Counted from the stretch's first letter, positions 8,377 through 15,916 are shown. The stretch: 54,769 bases of DNA from a virus (IMGVR_UViG_3300021131_000008:1-54769), one strand, 5' to 3'. Translations and numbers: made by a program. The notes: a model not told the origin generated them from the letters alone.

Positions 8377-9383
8377 ATTTCCCCCAGTATATATTTAGCA
8401 CGAAACGGTACTCCGGTTTCGGCAAATAAGCTCGCTTTGATTTTTCTCGGCGTTACTGTTTTTTCACATTCTTCGCGTAACCAGTCAGGCAACCAGCTAG
8501 CACGAATATCTTTAAATACGTTGGTCAGTTCATTCATGCCGCGGTTGTCGTACCATTTTATGCGGTCCCATCCCATATCGGCGTAAACGCCAGGATACCG
8601 CCGTGAGAAAAATCCATTCTTGAATTGACACAAACAAGACTCTAACGTAAACTTGTTCAAATGTTGGTGCCCGTTATAATCTAATTTGAATTCATTCAAA
8701 AATACTTCCGCTTTCTCTTCCAGTTGATTTGTTAATATGCTGAAGTCAATGTAATTCCCATCGTGAGAGTTAGGCTGTCGTTTGTCCCAGACATGATCGT
8801 CAAGACCCAACAAGAAAAACATGCCATTACGATGTGACCGTGATCCGTTCAAGTCATTAAAAACAAGAGTCTCACAATCCGCTCCATAACCGTTTAAATA
8901 TACGTATTCAAGATACGAGAAACAGGACAGCCGTCCAAAACTGTAAATATTCTCAGCGACTTCCCAAAGATCTTTATAACTTTTATCTATTGAAAGCAAC
9001 TTGGTTTGTGAGCCAGCTGCTTTAACTAATTCAGCATAAGAGTAAAGACCTTTGATAGTGTGTTTTTTCTGTTTATTTCGATCAGTATCAAAACTAAGAA
9101 GCGGCCACTCTTTGTCAAACCATGCTTGAAAACTAACCCACTCTTTTATGCTCTGTGGAATAGCAGGCATAAACTTAAAAATACGCAAACTAGTGATGGG
9201 GTTTTGAGTATGTCCATTGATCGCTGCAAACCAGAGCATCTCCTCATCAGTCCAGTTGAAATGCGATTTAAGTTTGGGCATATAAAGATAAACTAGCCCA
9301 GGATGAACTTTTAAAGCTAAATTCAACTTGTATAACTGAGAAAAATAGCTACGGCGGTTCTCTTTCAATCGATAGTCAGTCAT
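8373..9383 (-). CDS. Amino acid:DNA transferase (AADT, aGPT-Pplase2 family)
   Basis: FDTDR, FGRLSCFSYLE, SHRNG, TLESCLCQFK and RYPGVYAD motifs. Start refined to ATG 9383 behind GAGGT. Confidence 0.82.
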   Translation of the reverse strand: MTDYRLKENRRSYFSQLYKLNLALKVHPGLVYLYMPKLKSHFNWTDEEMLWFAAINGHTQNPITSLRIFKFMPAIPQSIKEWVSFQAWFDKEWPLLSFDTDRNKQKKHTIKGLYSYAELVKAAGSQTKLLSIDKSYKDLWEVAENIYSFGRLSCFSYLEYVYLNGYGADCETLVFNDLNGSRSHRNGMFFLLGLDDHVWDKRQPNSHDGNYIDFSILTNQLEEKAEVFLNEFKLDYNGHQHLNKFTLESCLCQFKNGFFSRRYPGVYADMGWDRIKWYDNRGMNELTNVFKDIRASWLPDWLREECEKTVTPRKIKASLFAETGVPFRAKYILGEI

Positions 9384-9472
9384 ACGTACCTCGCAAATAA
9401 AGGTAATCCAAAAACAACTAGCCAAAAGACCATTAACCACGTCACTGCCCACAATGTAATTTCACGTATCAT
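9380..9472 (-). CDS. 30-aa single-pass membrane peptide (not in the ORF track)
   Basis: MIREITLWAVTWLMVFWLVVFGLPLFARYV with an AGGAG RBS and ATGA overlaps with both neighbours. Confidence 0.6.
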   Translation of the reverse strand: MIREITLWAVTWLMVFWLVVFGLPLFARYV

Positions 9473-10206
9473 TTGTCAACTCTCCTCAATCCATTTTTAG
9501 CTGAACCAGCAGGCAAGCGCAGAAACTCGGCTTGATCAGGCGCGGTTGGCTCTAATCGATAATAAAAACTGTTAGCATGATATGCGCACCCCGTAATTGA
9601 ATACTTGTAACGCTCCCAAAACCTTCGACTCATTGAGTAAATATAACTCTTTCGGTCTGAGTCAATACGAGAGTCGATCTTATTGTAGTTTTTCCAACCC
9701 ACATGATATCGACAAGAAGACCCATCAGTCATTACAATGTACTTGGGCTGCTTGGCGGTCATGCGACGCAGTTCTTGTTCCCAACGGCCTTTTAAGTAAC
9801 GCCCCAGAGAGAAGAGCGGGAAGTCGCAAAGATACAAATCAGCGTACTCTGTGCCCAATACCTTTGTTGCGTCAGCATTTTGAATCTTTACGGGGTACTT
9901 GTTTAGCGAGTGTTCAAGTTGCTGTAAACAAGTCTCATCGATCTCGCTTATCACATGCACCTTCGGTTTGATCAACTCTTGCGTAGCGGTAGCAAATATG
10001 CCCACACCGCCAAAAGGTTCACAAACCAACATATTTAACGGCATGTTGCGCATAAGCCATGCTACGCACTGCACGTTTTTACCAGTTTCGGTAGGGCGTT
10101 TATTGAGATAGTCGTAATACGACACGCCACCTCCTTCCATTGCGCGGCCCTCTCCAGGAGTTAATTCAAACGGAAACTTATTTAGTATCAGCCACTGACT
10201 TGACAT
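9469..10206 (-). CDS. SAM-dependent methyltransferase-fold protein, atypical
   Basis: Motif I VCEPFGGVG, motif II VISEID, motif III NADA, and LYLCDFPL at the motif IV position instead of DPPY. Confidence 0.7.
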   Translation of the reverse strand: MSSQWLILNKFPFELTPGEGRAMEGGGVSYYDYLNKRPTETGKNVQCVAWLMRNMPLNMLVCEPFGGVGIFATATQELIKPKVHVISEIDETCLQQLEHSLNKYPVKIQNADATKVLGTEYADLYLCDFPLFSLGRYLKGRWEQELRRMTAKQPKYIVMTDGSSCRYHVGWKNYNKIDSRIDSDRKSYIYSMSRRFWERYKYSITGCAYHANSFYYRLEPTAPDQAEFLRLPAGSAKNGLRRVDK

Positions 10207-10720
10207 ATAAACCTTTCTTCGCTAAATATTCGTTACGGTAGTCGATAAACCACCAAGGAGTAGCACCTTCATCTTTGAACCAAATCATCTTCATAGTATC
10301 CGCTTTACTCGCGTAGTACTTCTTATACGCTTCAACAAAATCAGACCCACGGAACTCTTCGGGCATGGCCTGCGGTGGTTGTACCCATTTACAGTTTGTT
10401 AACGCAGGTGGTGCATGACGCAGCTCTTTCTCAAACACCGCTTCACAAGCGTGCGTCTTTCCAAATCGCTTGCGAAACTCGCAGGCTAAATGAATCGCCA
10501 AATCAGACACAAACTTGTAATGCAGTTTTGACTCACGAACCCAGACCGCGCAGGGATGATTTTTATGAGTAGGCTTGTAAGTAACCGCGTCACCATTACC
10601 CAGCACATGATGAGCCGTAGCTAATAACTGGCAAGACTCAAGCAGCATTTTGCCAACGTGAATGTCAGCGTGATAGCGTGCTGAAGCAATTGCGGTATGA
10701 TGGAGAAAGAAGATGTTCAT
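10178..10720 (-). CDS. Pyrimidine-dimer DNA glycosylase (DenV/Pyr_excise)-like protein
   Basis: MNIFFL...H.D.HV.KM.LE..QLL.TAH, YKPTHKNHPCAVWVRES, PPQAMP and AYKKYY. Confidence 0.8.
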   Translation of the reverse strand: MNIFFLHHTAIASARYHADIHVGKMLLESCQLLATAHHVLGNGDAVTYKPTHKNHPCAVWVRESKLHYKFVSDLAIHLACEFRKRFGKTHACEAVFEKELRHAPPALTNCKWVQPPQAMPEEFRGSDFVEAYKKYYASKADTMKMIWFKDEGATPWWFIDYRNEYLAKKGLYVKSVADTK

Positions 10721-10761
10721 ACATTATTACCTTTATTGAGTTATTGAATTATCGAGATTAA

Positions 10762-10796
10762 ATTATAGGGGAGGCCCAAACATAAAACAAGGACTT
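10762..10796 (-). promoter_or_regulatory. Sigma70-type promoter upstream of the DenV-like/MTase/AADT operon
   Basis: AAGTCC-TTGTTT-17 nt-TATAAT on the minus strand. Confidence 0.75.
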
Positions 10797-10809
10797 CCCC
10801 TAGAAAATA

Positions 10810-11556
10810 TTACAAGTAATTCTCGGCTAACTCCCAGAGCTTCAAGTTGGTTTTAACAGTGCTGCCCATCGCCTTGATACCTAGCGTGCGGATGTTGCGC
10901 CCATTCGGTGACAACCCTCTAACCCCACCACGTATCAAATTCTCCTGCACCCGATTAAAGACGTTCCAGAGCGTCAAATCTTTGTCTTCATCGCGACGCA
11001 CACTCAACAACTCGTCTTCAGTGACGTTTACCGAACGAATCTCTTTGGCTTGAGTCGCAAAGCTACGAGCGTCAAGTGGGGTCAGCACTTTGGACATGAA
11101 CAGTTCTATTCTACGAGCCGACTCTCTGGCTGCTTCAATGACTTTGGTAGCTTCACCTACGACCCGTGTCTCCGTGACGTCTACGTGACGTGTACGGGAA
11201 GAATAACTAGAAGCTGACTTGACAATCAAACCGTTCGAGCAGACCATACGGAACAGCGCAGCTTCCATGCGTAACGAAGTTGATCCATCGTGCGAGTTGA
11301 TGACTAATATCTCAGGGATGGTGCCATTGATTGCGGACATGTGGCTCTCGTGACGCATACGCAAAAAGTGTTTAACAACACGAGGATCACGTATGCGCGG
11401 TTTCAATGTGCTAGCCGACGTGACTAAAAATCCTTGCTCGCGCATGATCTCAATGACATCTGAAGTTTTGATGATTTGATATTTCTCAGAGAGTTTCTCG
11501 TATTTGATTGCGTCAGTAGCGCAAGCGGGAAGTTGTATTTTGTTTAGTTCGACCAT
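10810..11556 (-). CDS. DUF932 family protein
   Basis: NSHDGSTS, FRMVCSNGLI and LWNVFNRVQENLIRGG. Confidence 0.88.
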   Translation of the reverse strand: MVELNKIQLPACATDAIKYEKLSEKYQIIKTSDVIEIMREQGFLVTSASTLKPRIRDPRVVKHFLRMRHESHMSAINGTIPEILVINSHDGSTSLRMEAALFRMVCSNGLIVKSASSYSSRTRHVDVTETRVVGEATKVIEAARESARRIELFMSKVLTPLDARSFATQAKEIRSVNVTEDELLSVRRDEDKDLTLWNVFNRVQENLIRGGVRGLSPNGRNIRTLGIKAMGSTVKTNLKLWELAENYL

Positions 11557-11567
11557 TTTAATTCTCC

Positions 11568-11870
11568 TTAGATTTTAGCTGCGAAGTGTTGTTCAAAAAC
11601 ATCGGTAACATTCATATATGCATTGAAGCTATGGCCGCCCACGTGCCAACTGTACTCGCCCATCGGGGTTTCGCCTTCTTTCCAGTCATAAATACTGGCA
11701 ACGCTGTCGTCTTCAAACTTAAACGTCCACTCACAAGTGACTTTGCCGTCGATGTCAGCGTTAGGGCCAATCTCAGGCTGGCCAAATACTTCTACGAGCT
11801 GAGCGTAAGTGGCTCTGAATTCGCCCTTGAGAGAAGTTCTATTAGTGTCTGCGGTTTTAGTGAAGTTCAT
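11568..11870 (-). CDS. Hypothetical early protein
   Basis: TSLKG...TY..LV..FG.P, KV..EW, IYDWK and WHVGG pattern. Has its own promoter and RBS. Confidence 0.75.
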   Translation of the reverse strand: MNFTKTADTNRTSLKGEFRATYAQLVEVFGQPEIGPNADIDGKVTCEWTFKFEDDSVASIYDWKEGETPMGEYSWHVGGHSFNAYMNVTDVFEQHFAAKI

Positions 11871-11915
11871 GTTATTTCCTTTATTCGGTTATTGAAGTAA
11901 TTTGCTACAGTTCAA

Positions 11916-11950
11916 ACTATAAGCCAGTTGATTGTATTTGACAAGGACTT
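11916..11950 (-). promoter_or_regulatory. Sigma70-type early promoter
   Basis: AAGTCC-TTGTCA-17 nt-TATAGT with an AT-rich upstream element. Confidence 0.8.
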
Positions 11951-11963
11951 TTTAAAATAAATC

Positions 11964-12128
11964 TTAAGATTTATAATTTTTAATGTACTCTTGAGCTTCT
12001 TTACGAGTTTTGCATATCTCGCACAAGAAACTACGACCATCGTCTAAAATGGTCCAGACTTGCCATCGTGGTGCGTCATATGAATTTTGAAATCCAGATA
12101 AAACGTCTATTATTTTAAAAGTTTGCAT
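11964..12128 (-). CDS. 54-aa hypothetical early protein (not in the ORF track)
   Basis: MQTFKIIDVLSGFQNSYDAPRWQVWTILDDGRSFLCEICKTRKEAQEYIKNYKS with an AGAG RBS. Fills the gap in the operon. Confidence 0.55.
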   Translation of the reverse strand: MQTFKIIDVLSGFQNSYDAPRWQVWTILDDGRSFLCEICKTRKEAQEYIKNYKS

Positions 12129-12137
12129 TTTTATCTC

Positions 12138-12347
12138 TTATAGTAATTTTAAAGAAGTGTTAAGATTTGACCATTCGGCAAGAGAGACGATACGCACAGT
12201 GCCTTTGCTTACTGACTGTGTCCAGTGCTTTGCGATCACAAAGCGAACAGCTTGCAGTAAGGTTAAGGGTCTTGTTTTGTCCATCCATGTGTTGTTATAG
12301 TCATCGTGCATCACAACGATCCAGTTTTTTTGCCATTTGCTTTTCAT
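12138..12347 (-). CDS. Hypothetical early protein
   Basis: Start refined to ATG 12347 behind GGAG (MKSKWQKNW...). Confidence 0.65.
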   Translation of the reverse strand: MKSKWQKNWIVVMHDDYNNTWMDKTRPLTLLQAVRFVIAKHWTQSVSKGTVRIVSLAEWSNLNTSLKLL

Positions 12348-12362
12348 TTTTATCTCCAAGTG

Positions 12363-12378
12363 AGGGGCCGAAGCCCCT
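12363..12378 (-). other. cUUCGg tetraloop hairpin (stabiliser or terminator)
   Basis: AGGGGC-TTCG-GCCCCT on the minus strand. The U-rich run follows on the plus strand only. Confidence 0.55.
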
Positions 12379-12382
12379 GTGT

Positions 12383-12598
12383 TTATTGTTTGACAAGCAT
12401 CCGCTTGCAACCATCGCAATCGCAAGGTACAACCGAGTGCTTGATGTCCGAACGCAACTCGCTCATTGAGTCGTATGCGTAGGTGTGACACAAGGACATC
12501 GGGTCATGCGTGAACTTCCAGCCACTGGGCAAATTTAAGATGAAAACATCTGGTTCGTCAGTGTCTACATCACGGGCCACATTGAGTTTGTATTTCAT
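12383..12598 (-). CDS. Hypothetical early protein with C-terminal CxCxxC
   Basis: Start refined to ATG 12598 behind AGGGG (MKYKLNV...PCDCDGC). Confidence 0.65.
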   Translation of the reverse strand: MKYKLNVARDVDTDEPDVFILNLPSGWKFTHDPMSLCHTYAYDSMSELRSDIKHSVVPCDCDGCKRMLVKQ

Positions 12599-12611
12599 GG
12601 TGGTCCCCTGA

Positions 12612-12902
12612 TTAGCGTGCGAACAAACGGATAGAAGCTGACACCTTGCAGATCTTTTTGTAAGGCTTGAGGTCATTTTCGGATAATGCGAGGTCTTCAA
12701 CGATCTGTTTGTAATCGATGGACACACGCTCGGTAGGTGCAGAGACGGTCGCTTTGAAGAGCGAGCCCTCGTAAGAGCCTTTGCCTGCGCTTTTGAAAAC
12801 GTTCTTGATAACTTCTGCTTGAGCTTCTAAGTCGGCGATCTGAGCAAGCAAGTGGCCTAAGCGGTCGAGTTCGGTAATTTGAAATTCTAGGGAGTTTTGC
12901 AT
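12612..12902 (-). CDS. Hypothetical early protein
   Basis: Has its own promoter and an AAAGGAAAT RBS. DRLG.L.AQIA.L...YEGSLFKATVS. Confidence 0.75.
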   Translation of the reverse strand: MQNSLEFQITELDRLGHLLAQIADLEAQAEVIKNVFKSAGKGSYEGSLFKATVSAPTERVSIDYKQIVEDLALSENDLKPYKKICKVSASIRLFAR

Positions 12903-12950
12903 TTTATTTCCTTTATTCAGTTATTTAGGTTATTTGGTAGAACAGGTACA

Positions 12951-12985
12951 ACTATAAGCCAGTCCTCATCGTTTGACAAGGACTT
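12951..12985 (-). promoter_or_regulatory. Sigma70-type early promoter
   Basis: AAGTCC-TTGTCA-17 nt-TATAGT. Confidence 0.8.
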
Positions 12986-12999
12986 TCTTAAAATATATT

Positions 13000-13257
13000 T
13001 TAGAAACCGTTTGCAGCTTCGTAACCGCTCTTTTTATCTAAGTAGACACCGCATTCGTCTTGAATGTCCACCCACTGAGAATAGTTCAATGAGTCATAAT
13101 CGATCTCGCCATCTTCACCGATCACTTTGCACTGTACAGCCCACTGGGGTTGATCACTGGTGAAGGTCTCAACTTCGTAATCCGTGATCTCGATCGATAC
13201 TTCTCTACCGTCGTCGAGTACCATGTTGAATTCATCATATTTGTAAGGGTTTGCCAT
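13000..13257 (-). CDS. Acidic hypothetical early protein
   Basis: First gene of the minus arm, Asp/Glu-rich, with an AAAGGAAAT RBS. Confidence 0.75.
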   Translation of the reverse strand: MANPYKYDEFNMVLDDGREVSIEITDYEVETFTSDQPQWAVQCKVIGEDGEIDYDSLNYSQWVDIQDECGVYLDKKSGYEAANGF

Positions 13258-13304
13258 TTCGTTATTTCCTTTATTTAAGTTATCAAACTGGAACTTCTGA
13301 GTGA

Positions 13305-13339
13305 ATTATGGCTCATGTGTTTCAGTTTGACAAGGACTT
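13305..13339 (-). promoter_or_regulatory. Sigma70-type early promoter
   Basis: AAGTCC-TTGTCA-17 nt-CATAAT with an AT-rich upstream element. Confidence 0.75.
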
Positions 13340-13362
13340 TTTTATAAATATTTTAAAAAAGA

Positions 13363-13391
13363 TTGTTTTCCGCTCTTTTATAAGCCAAAAT
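13363..13391 (+). promoter_or_regulatory. Putative rightward promoter for the primase-helicase leader
   Basis: TTGTTT-17 nt-CAAAAT. The predicted start near 13398 coincides with the 5' end of the leader stem. Confidence 0.45.
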
Positions 13392-13397
13392 TAGAGG

Positions 13398-13511
13398 GTC
13401 GTCGCTCTAGCCCCATTCGTTCTACCCACTCATCCTCCCAAGGAGCCGACGACATCTGCGCGATTGCTAGTCAATTGCTTGAGTGGGTAGACCTAATGGG
13501 GTTAGCTTTTT
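13398..13511 (+). ncRNA. Structured leader RNA / attenuator upstream of the primase-helicase
   Basis: Stalk 13398-13408/13442-13453. Segments 13407-13417 and 13421-13432 are complementary to 13495-13505 and 13480-13491, followed by a U5 tract. Confidence 0.6.
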
Positions 13512-13538
13512 ATAAACTTTGGGCAGGATCACATAATA

Positions 13539-15590
13539 ATGGCAAAAAAGATAGATTGGGAGGCTTCGATCGCGGTCGACCCTCCAAAACGCACAAAACA
13601 AGAGGTTTCGCAAGCGCAGTTCATTCAGGCGTTGTTCGGTGAAGACGTCACTAGAGGGTGTTGTCACCACATAAGTCGTCGACCGAACTGGACACGATAT
13701 ACGATCTCAGCTAAAGACATTGATTTCAATCCTGAGCTGGACTGCTACTATTCGGTAGGGGCATTCATAGGGGAGGGGAACGAGAAGCAAGACTCTCCGT
13801 TTATGCGGGTACTCGTAGCTGATGACTACCCTCTCGAACGCCTAGACACACAACAACTAGCCCCGACTTACATACTTCAGACTTCTGACCGCAAGGTTCA
13901 AGCGGATGGTTCAATCAAACCGAGCTACCAAGTGGGGTTCAAGATATCAGATGGCAATAATCTTGAGCTCGCTGACGTAGTCATGCAATCGCTCTACAAA
14001 AGTGGATTCGCGGATAAGTCAGGTAACAATCGCATACGGCTAGCGCGGTTGCCCGAATCCACCAACAATAAACGGTCTGAGGACCCCTTCAGGGTAAAGT
14101 TGATAGTGTGGAACCCCACGGTGTCCTTTACTTTGAATAAAGTCGCTGAGGCGCTTGAATTAGACGTTCAAAAGCGGTCTTCGGCTCAGGACTTCGGCTT
14201 TGATCCCGCTACGTACGATAAGCTCAACATTAGTCAAGCGGTAACGGATATATTGTCGGGCACGTCGTTGCATGACAACATAAATCGTATCGCTATGAGC
14301 CAACTGGCCAAGGGCATGCGAGAAGCAGACACTGTTGACATGATAAAAGGCATCATGCTCAGTGCGAAAGCGGCATTTCAGCAACGCGGAGACGAAGAGC
14401 GCTGGGAGGAGCGGTTCTCAGACATCGAGCGGTCGGTACGCACGGCTTCTTCAAAACTGAAGGACAGGTCAGACCCTGAGAAACCATTACTGATACCCAT
14501 ACGGCAGTGGACTGACAAGATGGTGTCGCCCGACTGGGTGATCGACAACTTTATTGGCGAGGGGGTGCGCACTATCTCAGGTGCGGCAGGTAAAGGGAAA
14601 ACTTCAATCATCTCACCGCTTTGTGCTAACATAGCGCATTTGATTGAGCCGAACTTTCTAACTCCTCGCCATCGTAGGGTGGTATTTTATTTCACTGAAG
14701 ACACCAATCAACTGAACCGCATGATCTGCGGCATGAAGATACATCAGAGCCGTCCATTTGCTAATCTACACGATGAGTGGGCTAAGTATTTCAAAATACA
14801 CTTGACGCAACGGTATAAGGCGGGTGACATTGAGGATATCGCTAAACACATAAAAAACTTCAACACAGAGCAAGATGGCAAGTCGGTGCCTCCGCTCGTG
14901 GTGTTTGACACTCAAGCGGCCTCTTTCGATATCGACGATGAAAACAACAATGCCGAGCTCTCTAAACTTCTATCTCAGCTGAAAATACAGTTCTGGGAGA
15001 CGCATCGTATACCGGTCTGGGTGGTGACCCACATCACTAAAGACACGATGAGCTCTGGCGACTACGAAAAGCTCACTGCGAGGGGGGCAGGCTCAATAGT
15101 AGGGGATTCAAACGGTACATTGGCTATTGTAGAAGCGGAAGGCGTCCAAGGCCGTATTCTGGGCAATGTGAAAGATCGTGATAATGCGGTCAGAAAAGAG
15201 GTGAGAGCAGAAATAACGCACCACGTGGCCGATGGCCTGACTCCATACAACGAACCCGACAAGATAGACTACTACACAACGGAATACTTTGAAAGCTCCA
15301 AAGAACTGAGGATCGAAAACCGAGAGGAACGAGCTGATACTGTAAACCATCAGAAGATTTACGATGCCATGCGCACATTAAGTAAAAACAACCTTCCGGC
15401 TACTGCACGGCAATTAAGAGAGGTTACGAGCATCAATCATGGCACCATTGGACGACTTCTTCTTGATATGATCTCTCTAGGAAAGATTGAGCACGTAGTG
15501 TTAACCAACGACGAACTTAAGCAAAAAGGCTGGCATGCTAAACAGAACGAAGTGTATCGATTCACGGGAGATTGGGGGTGGAAGCTATGA
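13539..15590 (+). CDS. Primase-helicase (RepB-like AEP primase + AAA_25 helicase)
   Basis: VLVADD, QTS...SYQVGF and RLARLP..TNNK primase motifs. Walker A GAAGKGKT, Walker B VVFDT, THITK and ARGAGS. Confidence 0.85.
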   Translation: MAKKIDWEASIAVDPPKRTKQEVSQAQFIQALFGEDVTRGCCHHISRRPNWTRYTISAKDIDFNPELDCYYSVGAFIGEGNEKQDSPFMRVLVADDYPLERLDTQQLAPTYILQTSDRKVQADGSIKPSYQVGFKISDGNNLELADVVMQSLYKSGFADKSGNNRIRLARLPESTNNKRSEDPFRVKLIVWNPTVSFTLNKVAEALELDVQKRSSAQDFGFDPATYDKLNISQAVTDILSGTSLHDNINRIAMSQLAKGMREADTVDMIKGIMLSAKAAFQQRGDEERWEERFSDIERSVRTASSKLKDRSDPEKPLLIPIRQWTDKMVSPDWVIDNFIGEGVRTISGAAGKGKTSIISPLCANIAHLIEPNFLTPRHRRVVFYFTEDTNQLNRMICGMKIHQSRPFANLHDEWAKYFKIHLTQRYKAGDIEDIAKHIKNFNTEQDGKSVPPLVVFDTQAASFDIDDENNNAELSKLLSQLKIQFWETHRIPVWVVTHITKDTMSSGDYEKLTARGAGSIVGDSNGTLAIVEAEGVQGRILGNVKDRDNAVRKEVRAEITHHVADGLTPYNEPDKIDYYTTEYFESSKELRIENREERADTVNHQKIYDAMRTLSKNNLPATARQLREVTSINHGTIGRLLLDMISLGKIEHVVLTNDELKQKGWHAKQNEVYRFTGDWGWKL

Positions 15591-15600
15591 TTTTGATAAA

Positions 15601-15842
15601 AACCGATAGAAGAACCGAAGAGACCATTTATAATCAATGGGTTACGTTCTATCGGTTCTATCGGTTCTTTTATCGGAACTTTTGGAACCGAGAGAAACCA
15701 AGTTCAACCTTTACCTCTTCATTTGGGGGGGTTTTTGACCCCCCAAAAGAGGTCAAGTTGGGGGTGTTTCGGTTCTATCGGTTCTTCGGTTTTTTGCTTA
15801 AGGGAAAACCGAAGAAAGAACCGATAGAAGTTCCGATAGAAA
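15601..15842. repeat. Iteron-like repeat array with a central inverted repeat (putative replication origin)
   Basis: About ten exact or variant CCGATAGAA/TTCTATCGG units in both orientations around an ACCTCTT..TTTGGGGGG/CCCCCCAAA-AAGAGGT hairpin, directly after the primase-helicase. Confidence 0.65.
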
Positions 15843-15887
15843 TGAGGTGTTTGGGAAGCGTGATTTTGAAGCGGTTTTTCATGCGGT

Positions 15888-15916
15888 TTGCGAAAACAGG
15901 AAAAATCAGGCATAAT
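15888..15916 (+). promoter_or_regulatory. Putative promoter of the terminase/morphogenesis operon
   Basis: TTGCGA-17 nt-CATAAT, 45 nt before terS. Confidence 0.5.

Noticed and set aside
9469-10206. Routine orphan Dam-like methyltransferase
   Set aside because: It lacks DPPY and the N-terminal GGK motif of Dam-family enzymes, so it is kept as an atypical SAM-binding protein.
13258-13538. Lambda-like lysogeny switch at the divergent region
   Set aside because: No HTH repressor/Cro pair or integrase was recognised.
15601-15842. CRISPR array
   Set aside because: The units are about 9 bp, in mixed orientation, with no regular unique spacers.
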